The notes: generated by a model not told the origin, from the letters alone. Numbered from the stretch's first letter, positions 7,213 through 16,464 are shown. The stretch: 37,619 nt of DNA from a virus (IMGVR_UViG_3300041097_000033:1-37619); one strand, 5' to 3'. Numbers and translations: made by a program.

Positions 7213-7472
7213 AACGTAAATTATGCATTGGCGGGTGTGGACGATGGGTGCTGCCGAAGCTGGGGGCTGAGTGCAGGAAATGCCGGCGGATGCGAGTGCA
7301 TGCGGGACTGAAGCGCCAGCTGCGGGTGAGCGTGGAACGGCTCCGGAATATCAACGAGTGCGAAGGCATGCTGGGAAGGCAGGTGAGGGATGAACACACT
7401 GGAATTTGTGGCATTGGTGCGGGAAATGAGGGACGCTCAGAAGGAGTTTTTCAAGCGGAGATTGCCGGTTGA
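7209..7472 (+). CDS. Small basic Cys-rich protein (3' end uncertain)
   Basis: CIGGCG..CRKC; ATGA-coupled start. 83-nt overlap with the next gene makes the end doubtful. Confidence 0.5.
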   Translation: MKRKLCIGGCGRWVLPKLGAECRKCRRMRVHAGLKRQLRVSVERLRNINECEGMLGRQVRDEHTGICGIGAGNEGRSEGVFQAEIAG

Positions 7473-7677
7473 TCTGGCGCGAGCGAAGGCAGCCGAACGG
7501 GATGTGGATGCTGCACTGAACCTGGGCGTGACGCTCTTCGCGACGGAAACGCTGGGCACGCCGGCAGAACCAGATCAGTTGGGGATGTTTGATGAACCTG
7601 ACGCGGCTGATCTGCTTGACTTGTCCGACGAGCAGCGGCCTACTGATAAAAATGCTTTGGGACGGCTCGTCCCATGA
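7390..7677 (+). CDS. Hypothetical protein
   Basis: AGGTGA RBS-like sequence; helical N-terminus MRDAQKEFFK; ATGA coupling. Confidence 0.65.
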   Translation: MNTLEFVALVREMRDAQKEFFKRRLPVDLARAKAAERDVDAALNLGVTLFATETLGTPAEPDQLGMFDEPDAADLLDLSDEQRPTDKNALGRLVP

Positions 7678-7988
7678 TTGAGAGAAGTGAAATGACGAAT
7701 GACGATATATCCATCCAAAAAGCAAGAACGCGTCTTCTACAGGCTTATTCACGCCTTGGAACATGGCGGAAGGTCGAGGACGAACTCGGCGTGGATCATG
7801 GGATCATCATTGCCCTGGTCAAGCACGGGAAGGTTCCGACGGAGACTCGGGTAAGAGTGAGGCTTGGATTGCCGAAGGTGATGCCCAGTGAGCGAAAGCC
7901 GAGGGTGAGGAAGGTGATTCCTTTGCTGGGCAGTGCGGAATGGTTGGGGTTGGCGTTCAAGAAAATCAGACTGAGGAGAAAACGATGA
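7674..7988 (+). CDS. Basic HTH-like protein
   Basis: LGTWRKVEDELGVDHGIIIALVKHG resembles an HTH; coupled on both sides. Confidence 0.55.
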   Translation: MIERSEMTNDDISIQKARTRLLQAYSRLGTWRKVEDELGVDHGIIIALVKHGKVPTETRVRVRLGLPKVMPSERKPRVRKVIPLLGSAEWLGLAFKKIRLRRKR

Positions 7989-8926
7989 CGACGTTGTTGC
8001 CGCAACATGACTTGGCTATGCTTCGGGCAATCGCTCGAACAGCATCGGTACTGCTGGTTTGCCTGCGGATCGACCAGTTGAACCCTGGCAGGGCAATCGC
8101 CGACCATGAGATCGCAGATATCCTAGAAGCCGATAAACGGACGGTGCAGAAGCAACTGCGCTCGTTGTCGGCGGCGGGGTTGGTGATCGAGCAGGGATTC
8201 CGATGGGTGGTCACGTCCGCTGGGAGGAATACGCTGTTCGGGCAAGCATCCCAGCCGGCGTTGATCGAGGATGCACAAAATGTGCACGATTGTGACGGCA
8301 AAGACAATCACGCACAAAATGCGCGTCTCATGAATGATGATGATATTAAATCAATTAATGATTCTGATTCATCATCACCAATCATTGAGCGCACAAATTG
8401 TGCGCAAATTTTGGAGGCAACAGGTCTACTTTTCGGGGCGGCGGTCGGGACGAAGGGCATCACGGACCGGGACCCGGACGTGGCGCTGGCATGGATCGGC
8501 AAAGCCTGGGCGGACCGTAAGACGCTACGGAGTCCGCAGGGATTGATTTACCGGCGGCTGCGCGATAACGATCAACCGCCTGCTGCGTGGTTGGATGACC
8601 CATGCCACGGGTTGCCGGAGGAGTATTTACGGGCAATCGGGCGGTGGGTTGAGCAGGAGGAGATCCAGGAGGAACTGGTGCCATTGGTGCCGGGGAGGAG
8701 TGAGATCTGGCTGGCAGTGTTGGATGGGTTGGGGGAACGGGCGGCGCGGCGGTTTTCGTCGAGGGAGCCTGCAGAGTTGCAGGGGAATGTGCTGAGGGTG
8801 CAAAGCCGGTGGGCAGAAGAACGAACTGCCGAATATGGCCGCCTGGCAAGCGAATGCTTGGCGCGGGTGTTGGGGGATGATCAGGCACGGGTGGAGTTCG
8901 TTGCGGCGGAAACGGAGAAGCAATGA
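7985..8926 (+). CDS. Phage replication initiator (N-terminal wHTH)
   Basis: DHEIADILEADKRTVQKQLRSLSAAGLV wHTH; internal iteron-like repeats with an AT-rich tract; LRSPQGLIYRRL motif. Confidence 0.7.
   Translation: MTTLLPQHDLAMLRAIARTASVLLVCLRIDQLNPGRAIADHEIADILEADKRTVQKQLRSLSAAGLVIEQGFRWVVTSAGRNTLFGQASQPALIEDAQNVHDCDGKDNHAQNARLMNDDDIKSINDSDSSSPIIERTNCAQILEATGLLFGAAVGTKGITDRDPDVALAWIGKAWADRKTLRSPQGLIYRRLRDNDQPPAAWLDDPCHGLPEEYLRAIGRWVEQEEIQEELVPLVPGRSEIWLAVLDGLGERAARRFSSREPAELQGNVLRVQSRWAEERTAEYGRLASECLARVLGDDQARVEFVAAETEKQ
8272..8410. other. Candidate replication origin
   Basis: Three GCACAAAWTGYGC quasi-palindromes (8272, 8311, 8389) with an AT-rich segment between the second and third. Confidence 0.65.
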
Positions 8927-9417
8927 GCGTTTATGCGAATCAAACCAGTGTGTCGCCTGAGCGCTCGAGGGCGGAAATCGAAAGAATATTACAGCGCTAT
9001 GGTGCGACCGGTTTTATGTATGGATGGTCGGATCGTAATGCGGTGATCGGGTTCATGTTGTCGGGCAAGCAATACAAGGCGGTGCTCGACATCCCGGACC
9101 GCAGTGCGTTCAACAAGAGCGAACACGGGAGGAGGCGGACTGCTCTTCAGTCGCAAGGCGCATTCGACCAGGCATTGCGTCAGCGTTGGCGTGCGTTGGC
9201 GCTGGTGATCAAGGCAAAGTTGGAGGCAGTATCCAGCAACATCAGCACCGTGGAGACGGAGTTTCTACCCTGGATGGTGTTGCCGAACGGTCAAACTGTG
9301 GGGCAGTGGATGATGCCACAATTGGATGCGATCTATCGAAGCGGAAAGATGCCGCCTTTGTTGCCCGGTGGTGATCATGTTGAGGGTGAGGTTGTCACCT
9401 TGGGAGATGAGGGATGA
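8923..9417 (+). CDS. Conserved phage hypothetical protein
   Basis: YANQTSVSPERSRAEIERIL and RQRWRALALVIKAKLEAV; ATGA-coupled. Confidence 0.75.
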   Translation: MSVYANQTSVSPERSRAEIERILQRYGATGFMYGWSDRNAVIGFMLSGKQYKAVLDIPDRSAFNKSEHGRRRTALQSQGAFDQALRQRWRALALVIKAKLEAVSSNISTVETEFLPWMVLPNGQTVGQWMMPQLDAIYRSGKMPPLLPGGDHVEGEVVTLGDEG

Positions 9418-9620
9418 GCGAACTGTGTACGCATTGTTGGCACTTGGTTGAACAGGGCAACCAGGGAATAGAAGATCCGGTGTTCGGGAAAAAGCCGGAT
9501 GGGCGGATGTATATCCGCGAGGTATGTTGTCAGTGCGGTGTGGTTAGGGCGATGTTATCTGCTCATCACCGGGAGCATGGTCCGTATTACCCCGGAAGAG
9601 TAGCAGTGGTGGAGGAGTGA
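9414..9620 (+). CDS. Small Cys/His-rich protein
   Basis: CTHCWH..CCQCG; ATGA-coupled. Confidence 0.6.
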   Translation: MSELCTHCWHLVEQGNQGIEDPVFGKKPDGRMYIREVCCQCGVVRAMLSAHHREHGPYYPGRVAVVEE

Positions 9621-9777
9621 TTTATCGTTGGCGTGTAAAGGCCAGGTTGGCGGATAGATTTGGGACTTTATGCCGCGTGTTGGTACGCGGCAAGAGGAAC
9701 TCCTGCCTGGTGGAATTTTTATCCGATGGGTACCGGGTTGTGACCAGTCGGAATTATTTGCGAAAGGCAGGCGAGGA

Positions 9778-10155
9778 ATGGGCGAACTGTTGAGCCGGCG
9801 GTTCTTTCTCTGCACGGGGAAAGTGGTGTTGTATAAAGATTTGTACCTGCATGCCGGGGCGCATATCCTGGGGGAGGTGAGGCGGCGGTATGTGTCGGGT
9901 TTGGTGAACGGGGAAAAGGATACGAGGCGGTTCAGTGTTTTGTCGATCTATGACACGCCGTGGGAGGCTGACCGGGTTCCGCCCGTGAGCCCAATTTACA
10001 TCATGGATGTGATGGGGGATGCGTGGAATGTTGTCTGTCGTTTTCAGGGCTGTGCGAATGTTCAGCGCTGGGAGGTCGGGAAGGATGCGTTGATTGGTCT
10101 GCTGATGAAGATGGGTGCGTTGAACGATGAGGAGGTGTCCTTGAAGAAATCATAA
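9778..10155 (+). CDS. Hypothetical protein, last early gene (position typical of late regulators)
   Basis: ORF 9670-10155 with a more likely start at ATG 9778; directly precedes the late promoter. Confidence 0.55.
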   Translation: MGELLSRRFFLCTGKVVLYKDLYLHAGAHILGEVRRRYVSGLVNGEKDTRRFSVLSIYDTPWEADRVPPVSPIYIMDVMGDAWNVVCRFQGCANVQRWEVGKDALIGLLMKMGALNDEEVSLKKS

Positions 10156-10263
10156 AATTTCATTGTATAATGTCCGTGCGTGTTGCGCACTTCTGGCACT
10201 GGCCAGGAGGTTTGTCGGAAGATGAGCGCCCGACTGTCGTTTGACAGTTGGGCGTTTTTTGTT
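10141..10263 (+). promoter_or_regulatory. Late promoter with structured leader/terminator, copy 1
   Basis: TATAAT at 10166-10171; hairpin CTTCTGGC/GCCAGGAG; terminator CGCCCGACTGTC/GACAGTTGGGCG plus T6. Confidence 0.75.
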
Positions 10264-10288
10264 ACCTCAGATCAGAAAGGAGTAGTTC

Positions 10289-10744
10289 ATGAAAGTCAAT
10301 CGTTCGTTCGTGTTGATGTTGCTGCTGGTTCTTCCCCTGGCGCTGATGGCGTTCATGCCACAGAGCATGCCAATCCAAGGTGAGATACCACCTGATGTGA
10401 TGGGTGTGATCCTCAAGATCGCCCTTGGGTTTGCATCGTTGGTGGGTGTCAGTCAGTTGGTGGCCGTCCTTGTGCAGGTGGGTAAGCTGGCTGGATTGGT
10501 CAAAGATAATACCGCCCATAAATGGGCTGCAGGACTGAACCTTCTATGTTTCAGCGCACTGGTCTATTTTGGGATCTTCGAGCCACAAGTAACTCTGTCC
10601 ATCCTGGATGGATATGCTGCGCAGATCGCCGAAATATCCTTGTTCATCATCGGCTTCATCATGCAGATCACCTCATCGAAGCCTGCGTATGACGCGCTGA
10701 AGGCATCCCGTGTTCCGTTCTTGAGCGTATCGAATAGTGCCTAA
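10289..10744 (+). CDS. Holin-like multi-TM membrane protein
   Basis: About 4 hydrophobic helices; AAGGAG RBS; first late gene. Confidence 0.55.
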   Translation: MKVNRSFVLMLLLVLPLALMAFMPQSMPIQGEIPPDVMGVILKIALGFASLVGVSQLVAVLVQVGKLAGLVKDNTAHKWAAGLNLLCFSALVYFGIFEPQVTLSILDGYAAQIAEISLFIIGFIMQITSSKPAYDALKASRVPFLSVSNSA

Positions 10745-11156
10745 GCGATCACCGCATCCGTGTGCTGCACCTGGATGTACCACGCTGGTCTATGACGGGA
10801 GTCGATGCGATATACATCGGCTCCCGCGAGCGCATGATGACAGGCCGAGTGCTAGTCAACGCGGGTACGGTTCTGCATGGAAAACGAAACGTGATGCGTG
10901 GCTAGCTGCGCATCCGTGGTGTGCTGATCCATTCGATATCCATTGCGGTCAACCGGTACACGCCAGGGTCGTTGATCACATCATTCCCCGTAGCTTAGGA
11001 GGCGCGGACACCGAAGCGAACTATCAATCCCTGTGCCAGACGTGCCATGCCCGTAAAACGTCAATGGATGGAAGTAAGGGGAAGGGGGGCAAAAAAGTTT
11101 TGACGAGGGGTCTCAGACCGATGGGTGAGCCAGACGCGAGAAAGAGTCCCCGATGA
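10737..11156 (+). CDS. Terminase-associated HNH endonuclease
   Basis: PCAAPGC, RGYGSAW, HPWC, VVDHIIP..GG, NYQSLCQTCHARKT; directly upstream of TerS. Confidence 0.9.
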   Translation: MPKRSPHPCAAPGCTTLVYDGSRCDIHRLPRAHDDRPSASQRGYGSAWKTKRDAWLAAHPWCADPFDIHCGQPVHARVVDHIIPRSLGGADTEANYQSLCQTCHARKTSMDGSKGKGGKKVLTRGLRPMGEPDARKSPR

Positions 11157-11173
11157 GATTCGTATAATTAAGG

Positions 11174-11632
11174 ATGCCAACCAAAACTGTTGCTGCAGAA
11201 ACGATGCAGATCGGCAAAAAAAATGGAGGGAAGCATTGGACCGAGGCCGAGGTTGCCGCGCGCCAGGAGGCGGCCGAGAAATTGAAGAGGGAGAAGGCGG
11301 CTGCTCTCAAACCTCCCGGCTGGTTGAGTAAGCCCGCACTCGCAGTATGGCATGAAAAAATCAAACAGGTGGCAGGGTTGAAATCTGCCAACGAACTACT
11401 TGATGTGCTCGACACGGAATTGTTGGCGGTGTACTGTGACGCGTACGTGCGATATCAGGATACTGCGCGGATCACAAAGAAAAGCCCGGATGACATCAAA
11501 GAGCTGCAGGCTTGGTCACGGATCCTGAATGCGTATGCCGAGAAACTTGGATTCACGCCCAGCGCGCGAGCGCGGCTGGTGAAGAAGATCGCCGACAAGA
11601 AGGAAGACCAGTTCGGGAGCAGGTTTGACTAA
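11174..11632 (+). CDS. terS: Terminase small subunit (P27 family)
   Basis: PPGWLSKPALAVW, DTELLAVYC and LGFTPSARARL motifs. Confidence 0.9.
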   Translation: MPTKTVAAETMQIGKKNGGKHWTEAEVAARQEAAEKLKREKAAALKPPGWLSKPALAVWHEKIKQVAGLKSANELLDVLDTELLAVYCDAYVRYQDTARITKKSPDDIKELQAWSRILNAYAEKLGFTPSARARLVKKIADKKEDQFGSRFD

Positions 11633-13458
11633 TGGACAAGCTACACTTCACAACCACGTATGCGCTGGAATGCCTGGAACACAAACGGGTTGTTGGAAAC
11701 ATGGAGCGCCTGGCGTGCCTGCGTCATTTACGGGACCTGGCTCGAGCGGGGCAGCTGCCCAAAGGATTGATCAAGCGTGTTGAGGTAGAGAGTGGGCAGG
11801 AAGTCCCGAAGAAGGACCCGGCTTTCCCGTGGCGGTTCGATGAAGAACAGGCAGACTTTGTAGCCGTGGAATGGTTTGCCAGTTTGCGACACGTCAAAGG
11901 TCGACTGGTGGGGAAACCAATCCAGTTGATTGACACCCACCGGTGGGAGATCTCCATGATCTTTGGATGGGTTTCGCAGAGCGAAAAAATCAAGCGGACT
12001 AATGGACGGTTGGTGGGTGTGCGCCGGTTCCGGAAAGCGTTCGTGACGGAAGCCCGCAAGAACAGCAAAACAACGAGGGGCGCGGGCATCGGATTGTATA
12101 TGCTGATCGGCGACATGGAAGCCAGCCCGGAAGTGTATTGCACAGCGGTCGATCGGAAACAGGCGCGGGTGTTGTACAACGCGGCGAGGGAGATGGCCGA
12201 GAAGAGCCGGGATATCCGAAGCCGCCTGAAGGTCGGTAAGTACGAGATCAACCATAAGACCAGAGGCGGTGAGATGGTGGCATTTTCCGGGGAGGTCAAA
12301 AACAAAGATGCATTCAACCCTTCATGCGCGTTTGTGGATGAGTACCATGCTCATCCCACCAGCGATATCTATAACGCTCTGGAATCTGCCCAGGGGCAAC
12401 GACAGCAACCGTTGATGTACGTGATCACCACGGCCGGGATGGACGTGGAAAGTCCCTGTCACAAGGAATACGAATACGGGAAAATGATCCTGGAGGGGCA
12501 AGCCCGGGCGGACCGCTATTTCGTGATGATCCGTGAACTTGATAAAGGGGATGATGAGCACGATCCAAGGAACTGGCCGAAAAGCAACCCTCTACACATG
12601 GCGGATCCGATCACGGCACAGGAATTCAAAGACACCCATGATGCGGTATTCGATTCAAGAGACCCTGCGAAAATACGATCGTTCCGAGTGAAGAAACTCA
12701 ATATCTGGGTGCACGGCAACGAGAACAGTTATATGGCTGATTACCTTGTGCCCGAACCAGGGAAACCACTTTCCAAGTGGGACCAATGCGCGGTGACGCG
12801 TAAGGAGTTCGAACGGTTGACGCGCGACCGGTTGACCTTGTGTGGGCTGGACCTGTCCAAGAAGATCGATCTCACGGCGCTGGGAAATGTGTTTATCCTG
12901 GCAGATGGGCGGACCGCCATCACCGCGCATGGTTTTATGCCCGAGGCAGCCGTGGATCGGCATGAGCATACCGACAAGATTCCCTATCGAGCCTGGGCGG
13001 CTGAGGGATGGCTGACTATTACCGACGGGGATGTCACTGATTATCGCCGGGTAGGAGACCGGATCCAGTGGAACGAACAAAACCTTGGATGGAAAGTACA
13101 CCAGATTTGTTATGACCCCTACAATGCCACTCACTTTGCCATCGAGCTGGGCGATCTTGGATACATTGCTGTTGAGATCGCGCAATGGATGAAGGTCCTG
13201 AGCGAACCGACCAAACTCGTGCGTGAACTGGTGGCGAGCAATAAGCTTGTGCATGATGGATCACCGTTATTGCGCCTGGCAGTGGGTAATGCAATGCAGA
13301 TCGTGGATACCAAGGAAAATATTATGCTCTCGAAAAAGAAGTCGGGGGATACACGACGGATCGATCCGATCGCATCCATTATCACAGCTCTGGTCCAAGT
13401 TCGTGAATTGGAGGATGCTGATATGAGTGGAATCATGGACAAGGATTGGGGTATGTGA
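11632..13458 (+). CDS. terL: Terminase large subunit (Terminase_1, cos type)
   Basis: RRFRKA, Walker A ARKNSKT, Walker B FVDEYH, ITTAG coupling motif, GLDLS, YDPYNA and RIDP nuclease motifs. Confidence 0.95.
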   Translation: MDKLHFTTTYALECLEHKRVVGNMERLACLRHLRDLARAGQLPKGLIKRVEVESGQEVPKKDPAFPWRFDEEQADFVAVEWFASLRHVKGRLVGKPIQLIDTHRWEISMIFGWVSQSEKIKRTNGRLVGVRRFRKAFVTEARKNSKTTRGAGIGLYMLIGDMEASPEVYCTAVDRKQARVLYNAAREMAEKSRDIRSRLKVGKYEINHKTRGGEMVAFSGEVKNKDAFNPSCAFVDEYHAHPTSDIYNALESAQGQRQQPLMYVITTAGMDVESPCHKEYEYGKMILEGQARADRYFVMIRELDKGDDEHDPRNWPKSNPLHMADPITAQEFKDTHDAVFDSRDPAKIRSFRVKKLNIWVHGNENSYMADYLVPEPGKPLSKWDQCAVTRKEFERLTRDRLTLCGLDLSKKIDLTALGNVFILADGRTAITAHGFMPEAAVDRHEHTDKIPYRAWAAEGWLTITDGDVTDYRRVGDRIQWNEQNLGWKVHQICYDPYNATHFAIELGDLGYIAVEIAQWMKVLSEPTKLVRELVASNKLVHDGSPLLRLAVGNAMQIVDTKENIMLSKKKSGDTRRIDPIASIITALVQVRELEDADMSGIMDKDWGM

Positions 13459-13793
13459 TGAAACGATATCGATTGTCTGCAGGTGGGCGCGCGGCGCTGC
13501 GCGCGATGGGTGATGAGGTGATCTCGTTGAGATATGACAAGCCCAGACGATTCGTCAATGCGTTGCGGGCAATTGCTTGTTCCGATCCACAATGGATGAT
13601 TTGGGTCGAACGGAATCTACCCAAACATATCGATGAGCTGCAGAGGAAGTTCGATACGTACCTGATGCTTGTAGAGGGGTACGCGCGATGGCGCATTCTT
13701 TCAGGATACCGATTTTTATTTCGTGAACAGATCGGGTTTTTGATCTTCCGGGATTGGCCGATTAGCGATGATGGTGCCCTGACCCCAGGATGA
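13458..13793 (+). CDS. Hypothetical protein
   Basis: TGATG coupling with terL. Confidence 0.55.
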   Translation: MKRYRLSAGGRAALRAMGDEVISLRYDKPRRFVNALRAIACSDPQWMIWVERNLPKHIDELQRKFDTYLMLVEGYARWRILSGYRFLFREQIGFLIFRDWPISDDGALTPG

Positions 13794-13840
13794 AAGGATG
13801 GATATGAAAATCTATTATTCGATATTCGATATCCCGAGGA

Positions 13841-15256
13841 ATGAAACACATGACCGCTAAAAATGCGCATGATTACAATCGAATCAAGGCGACGATCATC
13901 GAGGCGATGAAGCGCGGCGGGAAAAATTCGTGGGCGGCGATGGCTGCGACAGTGGGCATCAATGAGGGGACGCTGCGGAATGCGGCTAAGCGGGAGTGGC
14001 ATGTGAAGACTCCGATGGAGCTGCTGGACCCTTCAATGGGAGGAAAAGCGCCGGAGAAAACAGGGACAACCGTCAAGGAGCAGGCAAATATCCTGGAGAT
14101 CGACCATGTGAGCGAGATGGTATGCACGCTGGAGGGGGCATTGAAAGCGAGCCAGACGGACTTGACGATCTGGGACGTGCGGGACCATGTGATTAATTTC
14201 TGGCCGTTGGGGATGAAATTGAAAAGCGCGGGGAGCGAAGAGCCGTATGCCATGCAGTTGTGCCAGGTGAAGGTCTGGTTGGTGCGGAAAAATTTGAAGC
14301 CGATCATGCCGGTCATCCAGCCGGTGGTGATCGACATGCCGACGGTAAAGGCGAGGCGGCAGGATAACAAGATCAGGCTGCAGCGGGTGCTGATCGTGCC
14401 GGACGTGCACATGGGATTCCGACGGGCGATCCACAGCCAGACGCTGGTGCCGTTCCACGACCGGCGGGTGCTGGATCTGGCGGTGCAGATCTTCCAGGGA
14501 GGGGATTTCAGCGGGGTGCATTTCATCGGGGACTGCATGGACCTGAGCGAGTTCAGCACAAAGTTCACCCCGGAGCCGGAATTTTATTTTACGACGCAAC
14601 CGGCGCTGATCGAGTGGGCGTGGTGGCTGGGGCAGTTCCGGGCGAGCTCACCCAGGGCGGAGCTGGTTGAGTATGAGGGGAACCATGACAAGCGGATGGG
14701 GGATATGATCGTGGCGTACATGCGAGCGGCGTACGGGCTGAGACCGGTGGACGAGATCGAGCTGCCACCCAGCCTGTCGGTGGAACGGCTGCTGGCGCTG
14801 CATTCGCTGCGGGTGGAGTATGTAAAGGGTTATCCGGATAATTTCAAATGGTTGAACCAGAATGTGATGATCCGGCACGGGGATACGGTGCGGGCGGGCC
14901 CGGGGGATAGTGCGAAGGCAGTGGTTAATAAAACGACGTACACGACGGTGTTCGGGCATGTGCACCGGACGGAACTGGTGACGAGGCGGCTAAAGACGAG
15001 GGATGGAGATGTGATCCAGCGGGCGTTTTGCCCGGGGTGTGCATGCCATACGGATGGGCGCGTGCCCGGGAGCACGAGTGACCAGCAATGGCAGCAGGGG
15101 CTGGCGGTGATCGAGTACACGGATTCGGATGAGACGATCGTGTCCATTCCGATATCGAAAGGGAAGGCGATTTATGGGGGGAAGATTTGGATGGCGAGGG
15201 GGAGGGATGAGGAGGCGGAGAAGCTGATCCGGGAGAGGCTGGAGCAGATCAAATGA
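13841..15256 (+). CDS. Calcineurin-like metallophosphoesterase with N-terminal HTH
   Basis: PDVH, GDCMD, GNHD, RHGD and GHVH motifs; N-terminal SWAAMAATVGINEGTLRNAA HTH. Confidence 0.85.
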   Translation: MKHMTAKNAHDYNRIKATIIEAMKRGGKNSWAAMAATVGINEGTLRNAAKREWHVKTPMELLDPSMGGKAPEKTGTTVKEQANILEIDHVSEMVCTLEGALKASQTDLTIWDVRDHVINFWPLGMKLKSAGSEEPYAMQLCQVKVWLVRKNLKPIMPVIQPVVIDMPTVKARRQDNKIRLQRVLIVPDVHMGFRRAIHSQTLVPFHDRRVLDLAVQIFQGGDFSGVHFIGDCMDLSEFSTKFTPEPEFYFTTQPALIEWAWWLGQFRASSPRAELVEYEGNHDKRMGDMIVAYMRAAYGLRPVDEIELPPSLSVERLLALHSLRVEYVKGYPDNFKWLNQNVMIRHGDTVRAGPGDSAKAVVNKTTYTTVFGHVHRTELVTRRLKTRDGDVIQRAFCPGCACHTDGRVPGSTSDQQWQQGLAVIEYTDSDETIVSIPISKGKAIYGGKIWMARGRDEEAEKLIRERLEQIK

Positions 15257-15276
15257 TGAAAGGGCGGACACGTGCA

Positions 15277-15364
15277 ACCCGAAGTAGAACTTACCCGAAG
15301 TAGAACTTACCCGAAGTAGAACTTACCCGAAGTAGAACTTCGGGAATCCATGATCGGGAATCCA
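15277..15364. repeat. 4 x 16-bp ACCCGAAGTAGAACTT plus CGGGAATCCATGATCGGGAATCCA
   Basis: Read directly. The final unit forms the palindrome CCCGAAGT-AGA-ACTTCGGG. Confidence 0.95.
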
Positions 15365-15390
15365 GGGGAAGTGACTGGAACAAATCAAAT

Positions 15391-15418
15391 AAAAAAACCG
15401 CCGGAAGACCGGCGGTTT
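15391..15418 (-). terminator. Intrinsic terminator of the moron cassette
   Basis: CCGCCGG-AAGA-CCGGCGG stem with T7 on the minus strand. Confidence 0.85.
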
Positions 15419-15422
15419 GATG

Positions 15423-15767
15423 TTATTTGGCTTTCCGTGGACGTCCACCCAGGCGTCCGTTGGCGGCGCTGGATTTGGCTTTGCGCTCGGATGTGATGGA
15501 GCCGAGGGCGGCAGCTGCTGCTGATTTTCTCGCGGTGCTCATTTCGGTGTGCACCTGGTCAACATCAAGGTTTTCACCATATTTTGATTTGAGACGTCGG
15601 GCAATCTCACGCCACTCGTCTGTGCTGTGATGTTCTGCCTCGCATATCCCGTACCTGGAGGCATAGACCATAGCGGCTGCCAGGGTAAAACCAATGGATG
15701 CATTCGGGTTTTGGTCCAACATCCTGATATAGTGCTGTTCGTTTCTCATGATCATTTTCCTAATCAC
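15423..15767 (-). CDS. Small protein with C-terminal basic DNA-binding-like motif
   Basis: Ends AAAAALGSITSERKAKSSAANGRLGGRPRKAK (AT-hook-like GRPRK). Confidence 0.7.
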   Translation of the reverse strand: MIRKMIMRNEQHYIRMLDQNPNASIGFTLAAAMVYASRYGICEAEHHSTDEWREIARRLKSKYGENLDVDQVHTEMSTARKSAAAAALGSITSERKAKSSAANGRLGGRPRKAK

Positions 15768-16110
15768 TCATATTGTCGTAACAATCGGGGCATGACGTTC
15801 CGAGGCTGGCATTCATAACCAGCGCCCTCTCAATCTCGTGTCCACAGTCGCATTTCACGAGATCGACTGGTTTCGGCGCGCGCTTGGTTCCGATTTTTCC
15901 ATACGAGTGATCGTAGTAGTAGTTACCGGATTTGCACCAGCGCACAGATTTGCCGGATTCCAGGATGGCGATAATCTCATCACGAGTTTTTCCCTCGATT
16001 TCCATTGCTCCGACAATTGCATTTTCGAGGTCATCCGGTGTGGGGGTTTTCCAATCAATCCCCATGCTGCCAACGTATCCATTGCTGATGAGCATGTTTG
16101 CCAGGTTCAT
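15760..16110 (-). CDS. Hypothetical protein with C-terminal Zn finger
   Basis: AGGAGG RBS; CDCGH..CPDC. Confidence 0.75.
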   Translation of the reverse strand: MNLANMLISNGYVGSMGIDWKTPTPDDLENAIVGAMEIEGKTRDEIIAILESGKSVRWCKSGNYYYDHSYGKIGTKRAPKPVDLVKCDCGHEIERALVMNASLGTSCPDCYDNMSD

Positions 16111-16119
16111 TTCATCCTC

Positions 16120-16464
16120 CTATTGAATGGTTTTACCGGAATGGTTTTTGACGATCCGTGCGGCGCTCTCATACCCATATTTGTTGATGAGGGCATTCAC
16201 CCCTTTTCGTCCGTTCGACTGATGGCGGCGGTGATTTGCGATTTGGGCGAGTTTTTCCCGGTCTGTTCCGATCTCGAATTTTGATGGATCCAGGTGTGTG
16301 CCAAATTCGGCGTTGATTTCGTCTACCAGGTTCAGGTGTGATTCAATTTGTTCAACAGTGCAGGCGAGTATGCCAGTCAAGGGGGCTCCAAATTTCAGCG
16401 TCCGCTGGCGATTGGGTTCGGCGTCGTTGTAAATTTGTTCTGCGCGTTCGTGGTTTGTGGTCAT
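16120..16464 (-). CDS. Hypothetical protein
   Basis: AAGGAG RBS directly after a consensus promoter. Confidence 0.75.
   Translation of the reverse strand: MTTNHERAEQIYNDAEPNRQRTLKFGAPLTGILACTVEQIESHLNLVDEINAEFGTHLDPSKFEIGTDREKLAQIANHRRHQSNGRKGVNALINKYGYESAARIVKNHSGKTIQ

Noticed and set aside
11632-13458. Intein or intron in terL; Walker A reads RKNSKT
   Set aside because: Length and motif spacing are normal. The G-to-S change is a minor variant and not evidence of inactivation.
15277-15364. Tandem repeats as a CRISPR array
   Set aside because: Units are contiguous with no unique spacers, and no cas genes are present.
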